From Candidatus Aenigmatarchaeota archaeon (lineage in GTDB: Archaea; Aenigmatarchaeota; Aenigmatarchaeia; PWEA01), in the NCBI GenBank assembly GCA_046539305.1, contig JBKHHE010000001.1, positions 13,150 through 77,149 on the forward strand: a stretch of DNA of 64,000 nt. Reading direction: 5' to 3'. The notes beneath the pieces are model-generated. The model had not been told where the DNA came from, searched no databases, and saw only the letters and a list, made by a program, of their open reading frames with translations. Positions 16,188-24,908 of the stretch are shown here, one piece after another. Numbering within the stretch: the first letter of the stretch is position 1; every line of letters begins with the position of its first letter. The position numbers were made by a program, and so were the translations under genes.

Positions 16188-17512
16188 CTTTCACCTTGGG
16201 TCGGAAAATTCCCCGTTAGGCATCCCATACAGAGCTCCTCCCTGGGAAGACCTATAGCATCGATCACATCCTGTGGCGAATTATACGTGAGAGAGTCCAG
16301 GTTGAGTTTTTCACATATCTTCTCTACGGATCCGTTGTATCGGTTGTAGATAAGGTTAGACCTCTTGTTCGTGGTTTCTGTATATGGACATGGCTCCGTG
16401 ATGGGAGGGCAACCAATGCGGGCGTGGACCTCCTTTGCCCCACCCTTCTTTTTCAGAGTGTCCCTCAACCTTATCATCTGATTTCCCCTGACTATGGAGT
16501 CCTCCCCCAGAACGAGTTTCTTCCCCTTGGTCGAACTCCTGATAACGGAGAGCTTTTCCTTTGCGACCTGTTCTCTGACTTCGGGATCCGCTGGTATGTA
16601 ACTCCTTTTGGAGAAACGGTTGAGGTAGAAGAAATCCTCGTACGGAATTTTGCTGCCCTGATGATATCCTATAGCGTAGCCTATGCCGGACTGTGGTACC
16701 GGACCTATTTTGTCTCCTTCCACGTCGTCCACCTCAGCAAGACGTCTCCCTGCCCTCCTCCTGACTCCCATAGCTTCCACGTCCTGGATGACTGAGTCGG
16801 GCCTCGCAGTATACATCCACTCAAAAGCACAGTGAGCCCGTCCTCTACCCTCCAGCTGGCCAACCTTTTCCACTCCTTCCTTACCAAGCCTGAGTATTTC
16901 ACCAGGTTCCACGTCCCTGTAATTGTCAAACCCCAGCTCCACAAGGGAAGGGGACTCGGAGGACACCGCGACACCGTCCTCCCTCTTCCCAACGGCGAGT
17001 GGAAGGATTCCCCGAGGATCCCTCGTGGCGTAAAGGAAGCCGTTGTTGAGTATCAGGATGGTGTAAGAGCCTTCTACCTCCTCGCTCATTTTCTTGATAC
17101 CGTCGACCACGTCCTTGCCCTTGGATATAAGTCTGGCAAGGATTTCGGACGTGTTTCCCTTCGCGAAGGATTCACCGGACCTTTTCATTTCGTCTTTGAG
17201 CTCCTTGGAATTAGTTATCCTGCCCGCGAAAGCCAAGGAAAACTTGCCCATCTTTGAAGAAAGCCTCATGAACCCCGTTTTCCCACCGGATACAGAGGCC
17301 AGTCCGTAGTTCCCGGAGAACTCAGCACCCTCGGCACCTGAAAAGGCCTTTTTAACCTCCCCCGCCCTGACATTTTTGGAGGCCTTTGACTTAAATGTAT
17401 CCAGTGCCGAGGACTCTGTACCGCGGTGTTGGAGATGGAACGCTGAATGCAAAAGTGTGTCGTAGCAATCCTTCTCGTAAAGGTAAACTCCGGTAAGTCC
17501 CCCCATATTCAT
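16184..17512 (-). CDS. Amidophosphoribosyltransferase (PurF) homolog lacking the N-terminal nucleophile Cys
   Basis: HLQHRGTESS, HCAFEWMYTARPDS, VPQSGIGYAIGY and LVLGEDSIVRGNQ (PRPP loop) are present. The N-terminus reads MNMGGLTGVY instead of MCGI. TATA CATTTAAATATC lies ~20 nt upstream of ATG 17512. Confidence 0.75.
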   Translation of the reverse strand: MNMGGLTGVYLYEKDCYDTLLHSAFHLQHRGTESSALDTFKSKASKNVRAGEVKKAFSGAEGAEFSGNYGLASVSGGKTGFMRLSSKMGKFSLAFAGRITNSKELKDEMKRSGESFAKGNTSEILARLISKGKDVVDGIKKMSEEVEGSYTILILNNGFLYATRDPRGILPLAVGKREDGVAVSSESPSLVELGFDNYRDVEPGEILRLGKEGVEKVGQLEGRGRAHCAFEWMYTARPDSVIQDVEAMGVRRRAGRRLAEVDDVEGDKIGPVPQSGIGYAIGYHQGSKIPYEDFFYLNRFSKRSYIPADPEVREQVAKEKLSVIRSSTKGKKLVLGEDSIVRGNQMIRLRDTLKKKGGAKEVHARIGCPPITEPCPYTETTNKRSNLIYNRYNGSVEKICEKLNLDSLTYNSPQDVIDAIGLPREELCMGCLTGNFPTQGER

Positions 17513-17617
17513 TAAACGGAACCTCTGATATTTAAATGTCAGACCGGGAATTGTCCACAAGATAATAAAAAAGTATTTATACATGGAAGGAAAGTAAGCC
17601 ATAAAGCGGGGTTGTTT

Positions 17618-19096
17618 ATGGGGGGAATTTTGACCTCTTTCGTGACGTCGCTTGAAATGCGGATAATTCTTACTTTGCTAATAGTTGGGATTGGATTTCT
17701 CGCCATCAAGATAGCCCCGAAGGTCAGGAAGTGGATCAAAAAGAATGCGGCCGAGGGCGATGTAGAGGAGATAAAGGTTTCCAAAACTTCCGGCTCAAGG
17801 GCAGTGGAGGCCGTGATCCTTGCAGTTGCTGTTTCCGTAGCCCTTCTCGTGCTGAACACTCCGGGGGTAGGCAAAGTAGTTGAAGGGTTCGTTTTGGCCC
17901 TCCCAACGATACTCACGGCGCTTTTACTGGTGGCCCTCGGTTTCCTCCTGGTCAACCTAGTGGTCCATGCCTTTGGAAAATTCCTGAAGAGGTTCACAGG
18001 AGAGGAAAGGGCGATGGGCATGACCCCCAAGTTCCGGAAGATGGCCGAGATGGGGGTGCGCGCCTTCCTGTACCTCTTTGTGGTGAGTGTAGGCCTGAGC
18101 TACACCGGAATATCCGAAAGGTTTCTGGAAGGTATGGTCACCGCAAGTTCCTACGCCCTCGTCTTTATTATAGCACTCATTTTCTTCTTTGGATTCAAGG
18201 ACCTGCTTGTTAACTACTCCTCTGGGGTGTATCTCCGGGGCTCCAAGCTTATCAAGTCGGGGAGACGGGTCAAGATAGGCGAAGAGAGGGGAGAAATAAA
18301 GGACATATCGAGGTTTACAACTACAATATCCACGGACTCCGGATACTTCATGCAGATACCCAACTCCGTACTTAAAGACAAGGAGATTCTACTGAAGAGG
18401 AGCGAAGCGGAGGTGGACACGCTTGAAGAGATCCTGGACCACTTCAGTGGTGAAAACAGTTCCCAGGCCGATCTGGCCTCGATGGAAGTCGTTCTGGGCT
18501 TCTTCGGACACGAGGTCTCCAGAGAAGAGCTTGGAAAAGAAGCACCGGAAGATGTAAGCGAGGAGGAAGTTGGGGATATAGTAGAAGAGCTTTCGGGAGG
18601 AAAGGTCAAAACTTCCCGGATACCACTTGAAAGAATAACGAACCTTCAGGACGAACTAAAGGCCTGGCTGAACGACGGTGCCCTGATACTCTTACGGTTC
18701 GACAAGTCCGTGATCTTTCCCGAGACGGAGTCCATAAACTACGTGCTCTGCCTGGCCGTAGAGGGAGACGAGGTACTTGTAGCCGATCCACATGAGGAAT
18801 CAGGAGGAGTCTACTATGTGGATCACGAAGAGTTGCTCTCGGCGATGGAAAAATACGATTCAGAGGCGGGTTACGTGCTGCTTTCCCCCGAGGAAACGAC
18901 AGCTTCATGGAGAATAAAAAACGAGCTTCTATACTCCAAACCCGGCCTCTACGAGGACCTTTCCAAGAGCATGGAGCTTCAGCTTTCAAAGATAATGAGA
19001 AGAGCTAAAACTTCGGACACCGTAACTTCCAGGGCCATGGCCGACTTCGTGGAGAGATGGAGGGAGGAGGAGGACCTCTGGGAGTTCGAGAAATAA
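17618..19096 (+). CDS. MscS-like mechanosensitive channel fused to a C-terminal C39-like (papain-fold) domain lacking the catalytic Cys/His
   Basis: TM helices plus the MscS beta-domain (GRRVKIGEERGEIKDISRFTTTISTDSGYFMQIPNSVL). The tail has C39 motif order: QADLASMEVVLGFFG ... NYVLCLAVEGDEVLVADP. Confidence 0.65.
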   Translation: MGGILTSFVTSLEMRIILTLLIVGIGFLAIKIAPKVRKWIKKNAAEGDVEEIKVSKTSGSRAVEAVILAVAVSVALLVLNTPGVGKVVEGFVLALPTILTALLLVALGFLLVNLVVHAFGKFLKRFTGEERAMGMTPKFRKMAEMGVRAFLYLFVVSVGLSYTGISERFLEGMVTASSYALVFIIALIFFFGFKDLLVNYSSGVYLRGSKLIKSGRRVKIGEERGEIKDISRFTTTISTDSGYFMQIPNSVLKDKEILLKRSEAEVDTLEEILDHFSGENSSQADLASMEVVLGFFGHEVSREELGKEAPEDVSEEEVGDIVEELSGGKVKTSRIPLERITNLQDELKAWLNDGALILLRFDKSVIFPETESINYVLCLAVEGDEVLVADPHEESGGVYYVDHEELLSAMEKYDSEAGYVLLSPEETTASWRIKNELLYSKPGLYEDLSKSMELQLSKIMRRAKTSDTVTSRAMADFVERWREEEDLWEFEK

Positions 19097-19102
19097 ACCT
19101 CA

Positions 19103-19924
19103 ATGAGTCTCATGAGCCTGTTAATTCTGAGCGAGGAAAATGACCTTGAAGAGAAGTTCCAGCCCCACTTTGAAAGGGTTGAACACAGAAAACTCTCCCA
19201 GACAAGAGTTAATCTCATCGACGAAGAGAACGTCTTGGTGGACGGGATGGACGCGAAAAGCTTCGATTCTTTGCTGGTGATTACTGAAAAGGATATAGTG
19301 ATATACCTGAGAGCCCTGCTCGAGATGGTGGAGAAAAACGTCCGGTCTAACTTGGACTCTCTTTCTGCTTACATACTAACGAAAAAGCAGTACCTCTACA
19401 AGGTTTTGAATGAGAAAAACGTAAATACACCAAACGCCGTGTCCTTGGGCTCCAAGAAAGGCCTGAAGGGAATGACCAGCCTGGATTATCCCGTGGTCGC
19501 AAGGAAGTACACGGGTTTCATAAAAAAGGATTCAAACCTTCTGGAAAATAAAGAGGAAGCAGAAAATTTCATGGGCTCACTTGACTACGGCAAAGAAAGT
19601 GTAATACTACAGGAGCTCGCTTACGGAGAGGTCTTCGACTGTCTGGTTATAGGGGACGAAGTAATTAGTATAAAGATGACTGACGAGGGAAGGTGGGATC
19701 TCCAGGAAGGAGAGTGTAATGAAAAATATCACAAGGCACCATCCGATATAAAAGACCTTGTTCAAAAGGCGAGACTTTCCATCGGAGCAAAGGTTTGCAG
19801 GGTGAAGGTAGTTGGAAATAAAGTGGTCAACATGTATTCCCGGCCACACCTGGATCGATTCAAAAACATATCCGGAAAGGACGTGTACAGAAAAACTGCA
19901 GAACTCTTGAAGGGGGAAGAATGA
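19103..19924 (+). CDS. Degenerate RimK-type ATP-grasp paralog (probably non-catalytic)
   Basis: ATP-grasp landmarks are present (LDYPVVARK, VILQELAYGEVFDCLVIGDEV). The Gly-rich loop is absent and the metal-ligand positions read RVKVV...VVNMYS. Confidence 0.55.
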   Translation: MSLMSLLILSEENDLEEKFQPHFERVEHRKLSQTRVNLIDEENVLVDGMDAKSFDSLLVITEKDIVIYLRALLEMVEKNVRSNLDSLSAYILTKKQYLYKVLNEKNVNTPNAVSLGSKKGLKGMTSLDYPVVARKYTGFIKKDSNLLENKEEAENFMGSLDYGKESVILQELAYGEVFDCLVIGDEVISIKMTDEGRWDLQEGECNEKYHKAPSDIKDLVQKARLSIGAKVCRVKVVGNKVVNMYSRPHLDRFKNISGKDVYRKTAELLKGEE

Positions 19925-20811
19925 AGCTCGCTATAGTTTACAACGATGATTTGCCCGTTAACAAACTCATAGAGAAGGCCGAAAAGTATTTCGATAAAGT
20001 TCTTGCGCTTCCTGTGGAAGGTCTCAGGTACGTCTTCGACGAGGAAGGTAACAAGGCTATGTACAAGGATGCGAACCTCTGTGATTTTGACGCCGTCTAT
20101 CTCAGGATCCACGACTTCGATCTCTTCTTCATGGAGCAAATTATCGAAATTTTAAAGGAAAACAACGTTTACATGCAGATGGAACCCGACTCGGGGCTCG
20201 TCGCGTCCAACAAGTTTCTCACGATGATGAGGCTCAGGGAAAACGGTATCCCGGTCGCCGACTCCGTGTACGCACTGTCGCCCGAGGTAGCCGTAGAATC
20301 TACAAAAAGCCTGGGATATCCTGTCGCGGTCAAACTACTGTCCGGCTACGGAGGTAAAGGGGTTATGAGAGCTTCCGAAAAACAGGACCTCAGGCCGTTG
20401 ATGGATACCTTGGAGATGCTCGAGCAGTCCATCTGTCTTCAGGACTTTATAGAGGGGAAAACGAAGAACGTACGAATAGTCGTGGTGGGCGACAAAACGT
20501 TTTCCATGAAGTTTGTACCCGAGGAAGACGAATGGAGAGCCAGCCCCGGCTCGGGAGGAAAGAAGCGCAAGTACGACGCGTCGGAAGACGTGAGAGGAAT
20601 AGCGTTGGAGGCGGCGAAGGTATCCGGTTTCGATCTCTGTGATGTAGACCTGATACTTTCGGAAAAAGGTATTTACGTAGTGGAGATAGACCTCATACAG
20701 GTTACGGACGACGAAGCTTGCGAGCTGACGGGGACCGATCTCAGGGACGAGATAATGTTCTACATACAGGAAAAGGTAATGGACAGAAAATCCGGTCTTG
20801 ACCAGGCTTAG
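19921..20811 (+). CDS. RimK-family ATP-grasp ligase
   Basis: YPVAVKLLSGYGGKGV, LQDFIEGKTKNVRIVVVGD and CDVDLILSEKGIYVVEID. ATGA overlap with the upstream gene. Confidence 0.8.
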   Translation: MKLAIVYNDDLPVNKLIEKAEKYFDKVLALPVEGLRYVFDEEGNKAMYKDANLCDFDAVYLRIHDFDLFFMEQIIEILKENNVYMQMEPDSGLVASNKFLTMMRLRENGIPVADSVYALSPEVAVESTKSLGYPVAVKLLSGYGGKGVMRASEKQDLRPLMDTLEMLEQSICLQDFIEGKTKNVRIVVVGDKTFSMKFVPEEDEWRASPGSGGKKRKYDASEDVRGIALEAAKVSGFDLCDVDLILSEKGIYVVEIDLIQVTDDEACELTGTDLRDEIMFYIQEKVMDRKSGLDQA

Positions 20812-22211
20812 ATTCCAACGTCCTTCCTGTAATCCATGAAGCTGAAGAAAGCCTTTTCTAGGTCCTCGTAAGCCTTCCTCCTAGCTTTTTCAAGGGTTTC
20901 GGCCGTGTTCGTGAAGGTGAGAACCCTCCCGCCCCTGCTCCTTAGAAAATCATTATGAAGATCGGTCCCGTTGTGGTAGACGAAACCGTCCACGTACTTG
21001 CTTATACCTTCTTCACCTATCCTTTTATCCTTCTCCCCCGTCAGAAATATCGGTTGCTTGCTGTAATAATCTCCTGGGTATCCAGCATAGCCAGTCACGG
21101 GCTTCTCGTCTTTCCAGGGTCTTCCGCTTACTGCACAGATGCCCACACAATATTCGTCTTTCCAGTTTATCTCCATGTTTTCCAGGTTGCCCGCGGCCAA
21201 GGAGCTGTAGATCTCGTATATGTCCGACTCCAGTCTCGGCAACCTAGCCTGTGTTTCGGGGTCACCGTCCCGCACGTTTATCTCAAGGACGTATGGCTTC
21301 TTTTCCCCATTCTCCTCCACGATCATCAGGACGAAGTGGAGCACGCCCACGTAGTCCTCTTCGAGGTTCCTGACCGTGGGCACAGCCACCTCCTCCATAA
21401 TCTTTCCCTCCAACTCCTCACTCAGCTCCTGGGGAGAGTAGGCACCCATTCCTCCTGTGTTCGGATTCAAACCGCCGAAGTATTTGTAAACGAAGGAATG
21501 GTCGTCGTCTGAAAACCTCCTCTTGTAGTCACGGGCAGTGCCGAAAGGCTTCACTGTCTCGCCATCGGTTATCACAAAGAAAGATACTTCCTGTCCACAC
21601 AGTCTCTCCTCCACTTCTATCCGTCTCCCGGCTCCGTCGTATTCCTGGTTGAACTCCTTGCTCGCTATCTTGTCTATGGAATCAAGCGTCTCCTCAAGGG
21701 AACTGCAGACGAAGGCGCCTTTTCCAGCGGCGATGCCGTCGGCCTTGGGGACCAGGTCCTTGTCAGGGTTCTCCTCGTAGAACTTTTCGGCCCACTTTTT
21801 TGCTTTCTCCTCGTCCTTGAAATTTCTGTATTCCGGGACAGGAACTCCTATCGAGTCCAGGTAGTCCTTGGCGTCACATTTGCTCGTCTCCAGGAAGGCC
21901 GCCTCCTTGGCAGGTCCGACTACGGGTATATCCGTTTTTTCGTGGAAGGAATCGACCACCCCGACGGACAGCCACCCTTCGGGTCCCGGAACCACGAGAT
22001 CCGCGCCTATGCCCTCCGCCTTCCTTATCAGGTCGGGTATCATCTCTTTTTTTGTCCCTCCCTGCAGCGGTAGCGCCTCGCCGCCGTATTCATGGACTCC
22101 AGCGTTACCTGGGGCCACGTAGACCTTCCCAACTTTCTCGCTCTTCGAAAATGCGTGCGCCATCGCGTTACCCCTTCCACCGCCGTCGATCACAAGCACC
22201 TTCTTTCCCAT
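20808..22211 (-). CDS. purD: Phosphoribosylamine--glycine ligase
   Basis: MGKKVLVIDGGGRGNAMAHAF N-terminus. PurD length and ATP-grasp core. Confidence 0.9.
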   Translation of the reverse strand: MGKKVLVIDGGGRGNAMAHAFSKSEKVGKVYVAPGNAGVHEYGGEALPLQGGTKKEMIPDLIRKAEGIGADLVVPGPEGWLSVGVVDSFHEKTDIPVVGPAKEAAFLETSKCDAKDYLDSIGVPVPEYRNFKDEEKAKKWAEKFYEENPDKDLVPKADGIAAGKGAFVCSSLEETLDSIDKIASKEFNQEYDGAGRRIEVEERLCGQEVSFFVITDGETVKPFGTARDYKRRFSDDDHSFVYKYFGGLNPNTGGMGAYSPQELSEELEGKIMEEVAVPTVRNLEEDYVGVLHFVLMIVEENGEKKPYVLEINVRDGDPETQARLPRLESDIYEIYSSLAAGNLENMEINWKDEYCVGICAVSGRPWKDEKPVTGYAGYPGDYYSKQPIFLTGEKDKRIGEEGISKYVDGFVYHNGTDLHNDFLRSRGGRVLTFTNTAETLEKARRKAYEDLEKAFFSFMDYRKDVGI

Positions 22212-22307
22212 AACACCACAGCATAAATTTTGGGGCGCGGATATAAAAAAATTCCGAGGAGAAAAAGCTTTTATTCCCTGGAAAGGATAAATACGTGTGT
22301 GGGGCTT

Positions 22308-23258
22308 ATGAAGGAGCAGTTCATCGAAGACCTAAAGGAAGGAATGGAGGTAGACTCAAAGTTCTCGGTCAAATACAAGAAACCTCTGCGCGAATACAAG
22401 AAGGGCTACATGTTCGTACTTGGACTGGCCGACAGGACGGACGAGATAGAGGCAAAGTTCTGGGGCGGCTCGGACAGGGAAAAGGTCCAGGAGCTGCTGG
22501 ACTCTATATCGCCAGGGGACGTGGTAAGGATCAGGGGAAAGGCGTCCGTTTTCCAGAACAACCTCCAGATAAACGTGGAGGAAGGGAACCTCAAGATGAC
22601 GGAGGACTACGAGATAGAGGATTTCGTAGGAAGCAGTAAAAGAGACGTGGAAGAAATACTGGAAGAAGTCAGAGGAAAGTTTGAGGACCTGGAAAACGAC
22701 CACCTCAAGAGGCTCATGGAGGATCTCCTCGAAGATGAAGACTTCGTCGGAAGGTTGAAAAGGACTCCGGCGGCGATGTACTACCACCACGCGTACCTCG
22801 GCGGCCTGCTAAAACACACTCTAGACATGATAGAGCTTGCGGAGACCCTCCAGGAGAGGCATCCCGAGCTAGACCTGGACCTGCTGAAGGTCGGGTGTTT
22901 CGTCCATGACATAGGCAAGATAGAGGAGTTCAAGGTCACCACCAATATAAAGCAGTCCAGGGCCGGCCTTCTGACGGGTCACATACCCCTAGGGCAGGAA
23001 ATACTCTCCAAAAGGATCGAACAAACTGAAGGATTTCCGGAAGACCTGAAACACAAGCTTCTGCACATAATATCTTCACACCACGGGGAAAAAGAAAATG
23101 GCGCAGTAAAGGAACCAATGTTCCCTGAGGCCCTTGCAGTTCACTACTTGGACGAGATAGACTCGCAGGTCGTGCAGATGATAGACGTGAAGGAGGATGC
23201 AAATACGGAGGACTTTCACACCTGGGACAAGAGGTTCGGACAGGTCTATCTGGAGTAG
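22308..23258 (+). CDS. OB-fold + HD-domain phosphohydrolase (YhaM/CbF1-like 3'-5' exoribonuclease family)
   Basis: N-terminal OB fold (GDVVRIRGKASVFQNNLQI), then the HD domain (HHAYLGGLLKHTL ... FVHDIGK ... SHHG). Confidence 0.65.
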   Translation: MKEQFIEDLKEGMEVDSKFSVKYKKPLREYKKGYMFVLGLADRTDEIEAKFWGGSDREKVQELLDSISPGDVVRIRGKASVFQNNLQINVEEGNLKMTEDYEIEDFVGSSKRDVEEILEEVRGKFEDLENDHLKRLMEDLLEDEDFVGRLKRTPAAMYYHHAYLGGLLKHTLDMIELAETLQERHPELDLDLLKVGCFVHDIGKIEEFKVTTNIKQSRAGLLTGHIPLGQEILSKRIEQTEGFPEDLKHKLLHIISSHHGEKENGAVKEPMFPEALAVHYLDEIDSQVVQMIDVKEDANTEDFHTWDKRFGQVYLE

Positions 23259-23268
23259 AGGGACGGAA

Positions 23269-23877
23269 CTAGCTCAACATATATTCCAGATCCTTCATAC
23301 TGGCCTCAAGAAGTTCTTCCTCGGCCAGTTCAAGCCTCTTGGAAAGTTCAGTGCTCCAGATATCACCCTCGTCTTCCTTCTCCCCATAGGCCATTACGTA
23401 GGAAATGTCTACCTCGTCCATGTTGATTTTCGACATCTCTTCCTGTATATCAGGGAAATGGCCATTGCCCCTGTGCAGGTATTTTCTATCCTTTTTCAGC
23501 TGTTCCAAGGCGCTTTTGACTGTGTGCCGATTTTTGATACATTTTCCCTCTACCACCGTAATTTCGTCGGAGCCGAACTTGAAACCAGCCAAGTCTATCT
23601 CACCTTCAGTTTGCTTACCCTTTTTCTCTGAGTAGTCAAAAAAGGGAATTTTACCCTTAACAGTGTCGTACCCGTTTTTTAGCAACCTATTGCACTCTTC
23701 CTGGAGGATTTTGACGTCATGGGGATGGTCCATAAGGGGTATAACATAAATTTCTTCCGTGGGTTTTTCAGTAGAGCTTTCAAGACAATTGGTTTGGATG
23801 GAAACACCTCGAAGGATTTTTACTTCTGTAAGGATTTTGGACGGGAGAATAGGAACGTGGAAAGAAGAGGGAAGCAT
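23269..23877 (-). CDS. Hypothetical protein with PD-(D/E)xK nuclease-like motif
   Basis: GEIDLAGFKFGSDEITVVEGKCIK fits D...(D/E)xK spacing. Otherwise unrecognised. Confidence 0.4.
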   Translation of the reverse strand: MLPSSFHVPILPSKILTEVKILRGVSIQTNCLESSTEKPTEEIYVIPLMDHPHDVKILQEECNRLLKNGYDTVKGKIPFFDYSEKKGKQTEGEIDLAGFKFGSDEITVVEGKCIKNRHTVKSALEQLKKDRKYLHRGNGHFPDIQEEMSKINMDEVDISYVMAYGEKEDEGDIWSTELSKRLELAEEELLEASMKDLEYMLS

Positions 23878-24080
23878 CTTTTTGAAGAAGCCGGACCATT
23901 TCTGATTTCGAATGGCTGCTCAAAATCTTATCTTACCCCACACTGCTTCTCAGGCAACTAAACTAAATAATATATCGATTTTTCGGTTTAAAAAATTTTC
24001 TCAAAAAGGAGATGGGAATTTAAAGCGGCTCCGATCACGGACAAATTTAAATCTTTCCACGAGTTATACTCTTGGGAATT

Positions 24081-24908
24081 ATGGATGAAGAAACTAATCA
24101 TATAGATGTTGAATGCTACGAGGAGTGGGGCGAAGCGGAGTTCGGGGAGGGGGCCGAGGGAAACGAAATCAAGGGAGAAGAGGAAATTCTGAAAATAATA
24201 GAAGCCTGTCAGGAAGCCTGCGAAAAACTCGGAGAGAAGTACGATTTTGAGGAATCGCATGGACCCGAGAAAGAGGTGGCATCTGCCGTCGGCTTCATAC
24301 CCGTGGACAAGGGTGAAGAGGGTAGGGCTTCGGCTATGGCGACAGGCGCGTACATTTCCCAAGAAGAACGGAGGGGTCGCGAGCCTAGAGAGGGTGTTTC
24401 GGAGGTGCTGGAAGAATGCCTCCAGGCCTGGAGCCTCGAACCTGACTGGACGGACGCAAGGGAGAAGCTAATAGAATTCACCCGGTCAGAGACGGGAAGA
24501 AAGCTTGCTCCTCTCCGTAAAAACCTCGGAAAGATCCTCACGACGAGCAGGGAAGAGAGAAGTCAGCTGGGAGAAATATCTATTTTAGTGGCGAGTCATC
24601 TGTACGAAGAAGGTAAAACAGGAGAAATACTGGACGGGCTAGTCCACCTCAAGGGGGATCTGAAATCTCTGGAGGAGGAATTTTACGAAGAAATGCCAGG
24701 GGGTTTTGATATTCCCCTAGAGGAATACGATAAACAAGGCATGATAAGGGGTAAAATTAAGGAGGGGTACAGAAAGGGGTCGATGGGCATAAGAGGAAAT
24801 TCCAAGTTCTGGAATAAAGAAATCTACATGCTGGAAGATACCGTGGAAGAACTCCCACGGAAAGAAGCCTCGAAAATGAGTGGGCTTTTATACGACCGGT
24901 ATGATTAG
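24081..24908 (+). CDS. Hypothetical acidic protein
   Basis: ATG 24081 with CAAATTTAAATC ~30 nt upstream. The ORF track starts at TTG 24072. Confidence 0.55.
   Translation: MDEETNHIDVECYEEWGEAEFGEGAEGNEIKGEEEILKIIEACQEACEKLGEKYDFEESHGPEKEVASAVGFIPVDKGEEGRASAMATGAYISQEERRGREPREGVSEVLEECLQAWSLEPDWTDAREKLIEFTRSETGRKLAPLRKNLGKILTTSREERSQLGEISILVASHLYEEGKTGEILDGLVHLKGDLKSLEEEFYEEMPGGFDIPLEEYDKQGMIRGKIKEGYRKGSMGIRGNSKFWNKEIYMLEDTVEELPRKEASKMSGLLYDRYD

Noticed and set aside
19515-19600. GGTTTGAATCC-like T-loop string on the - strand inside the first ATP-grasp gene.
   Set aside because: No acceptor or D-arm pairing, AT-rich surroundings, and it sits in a coding frame. Not a tRNA.
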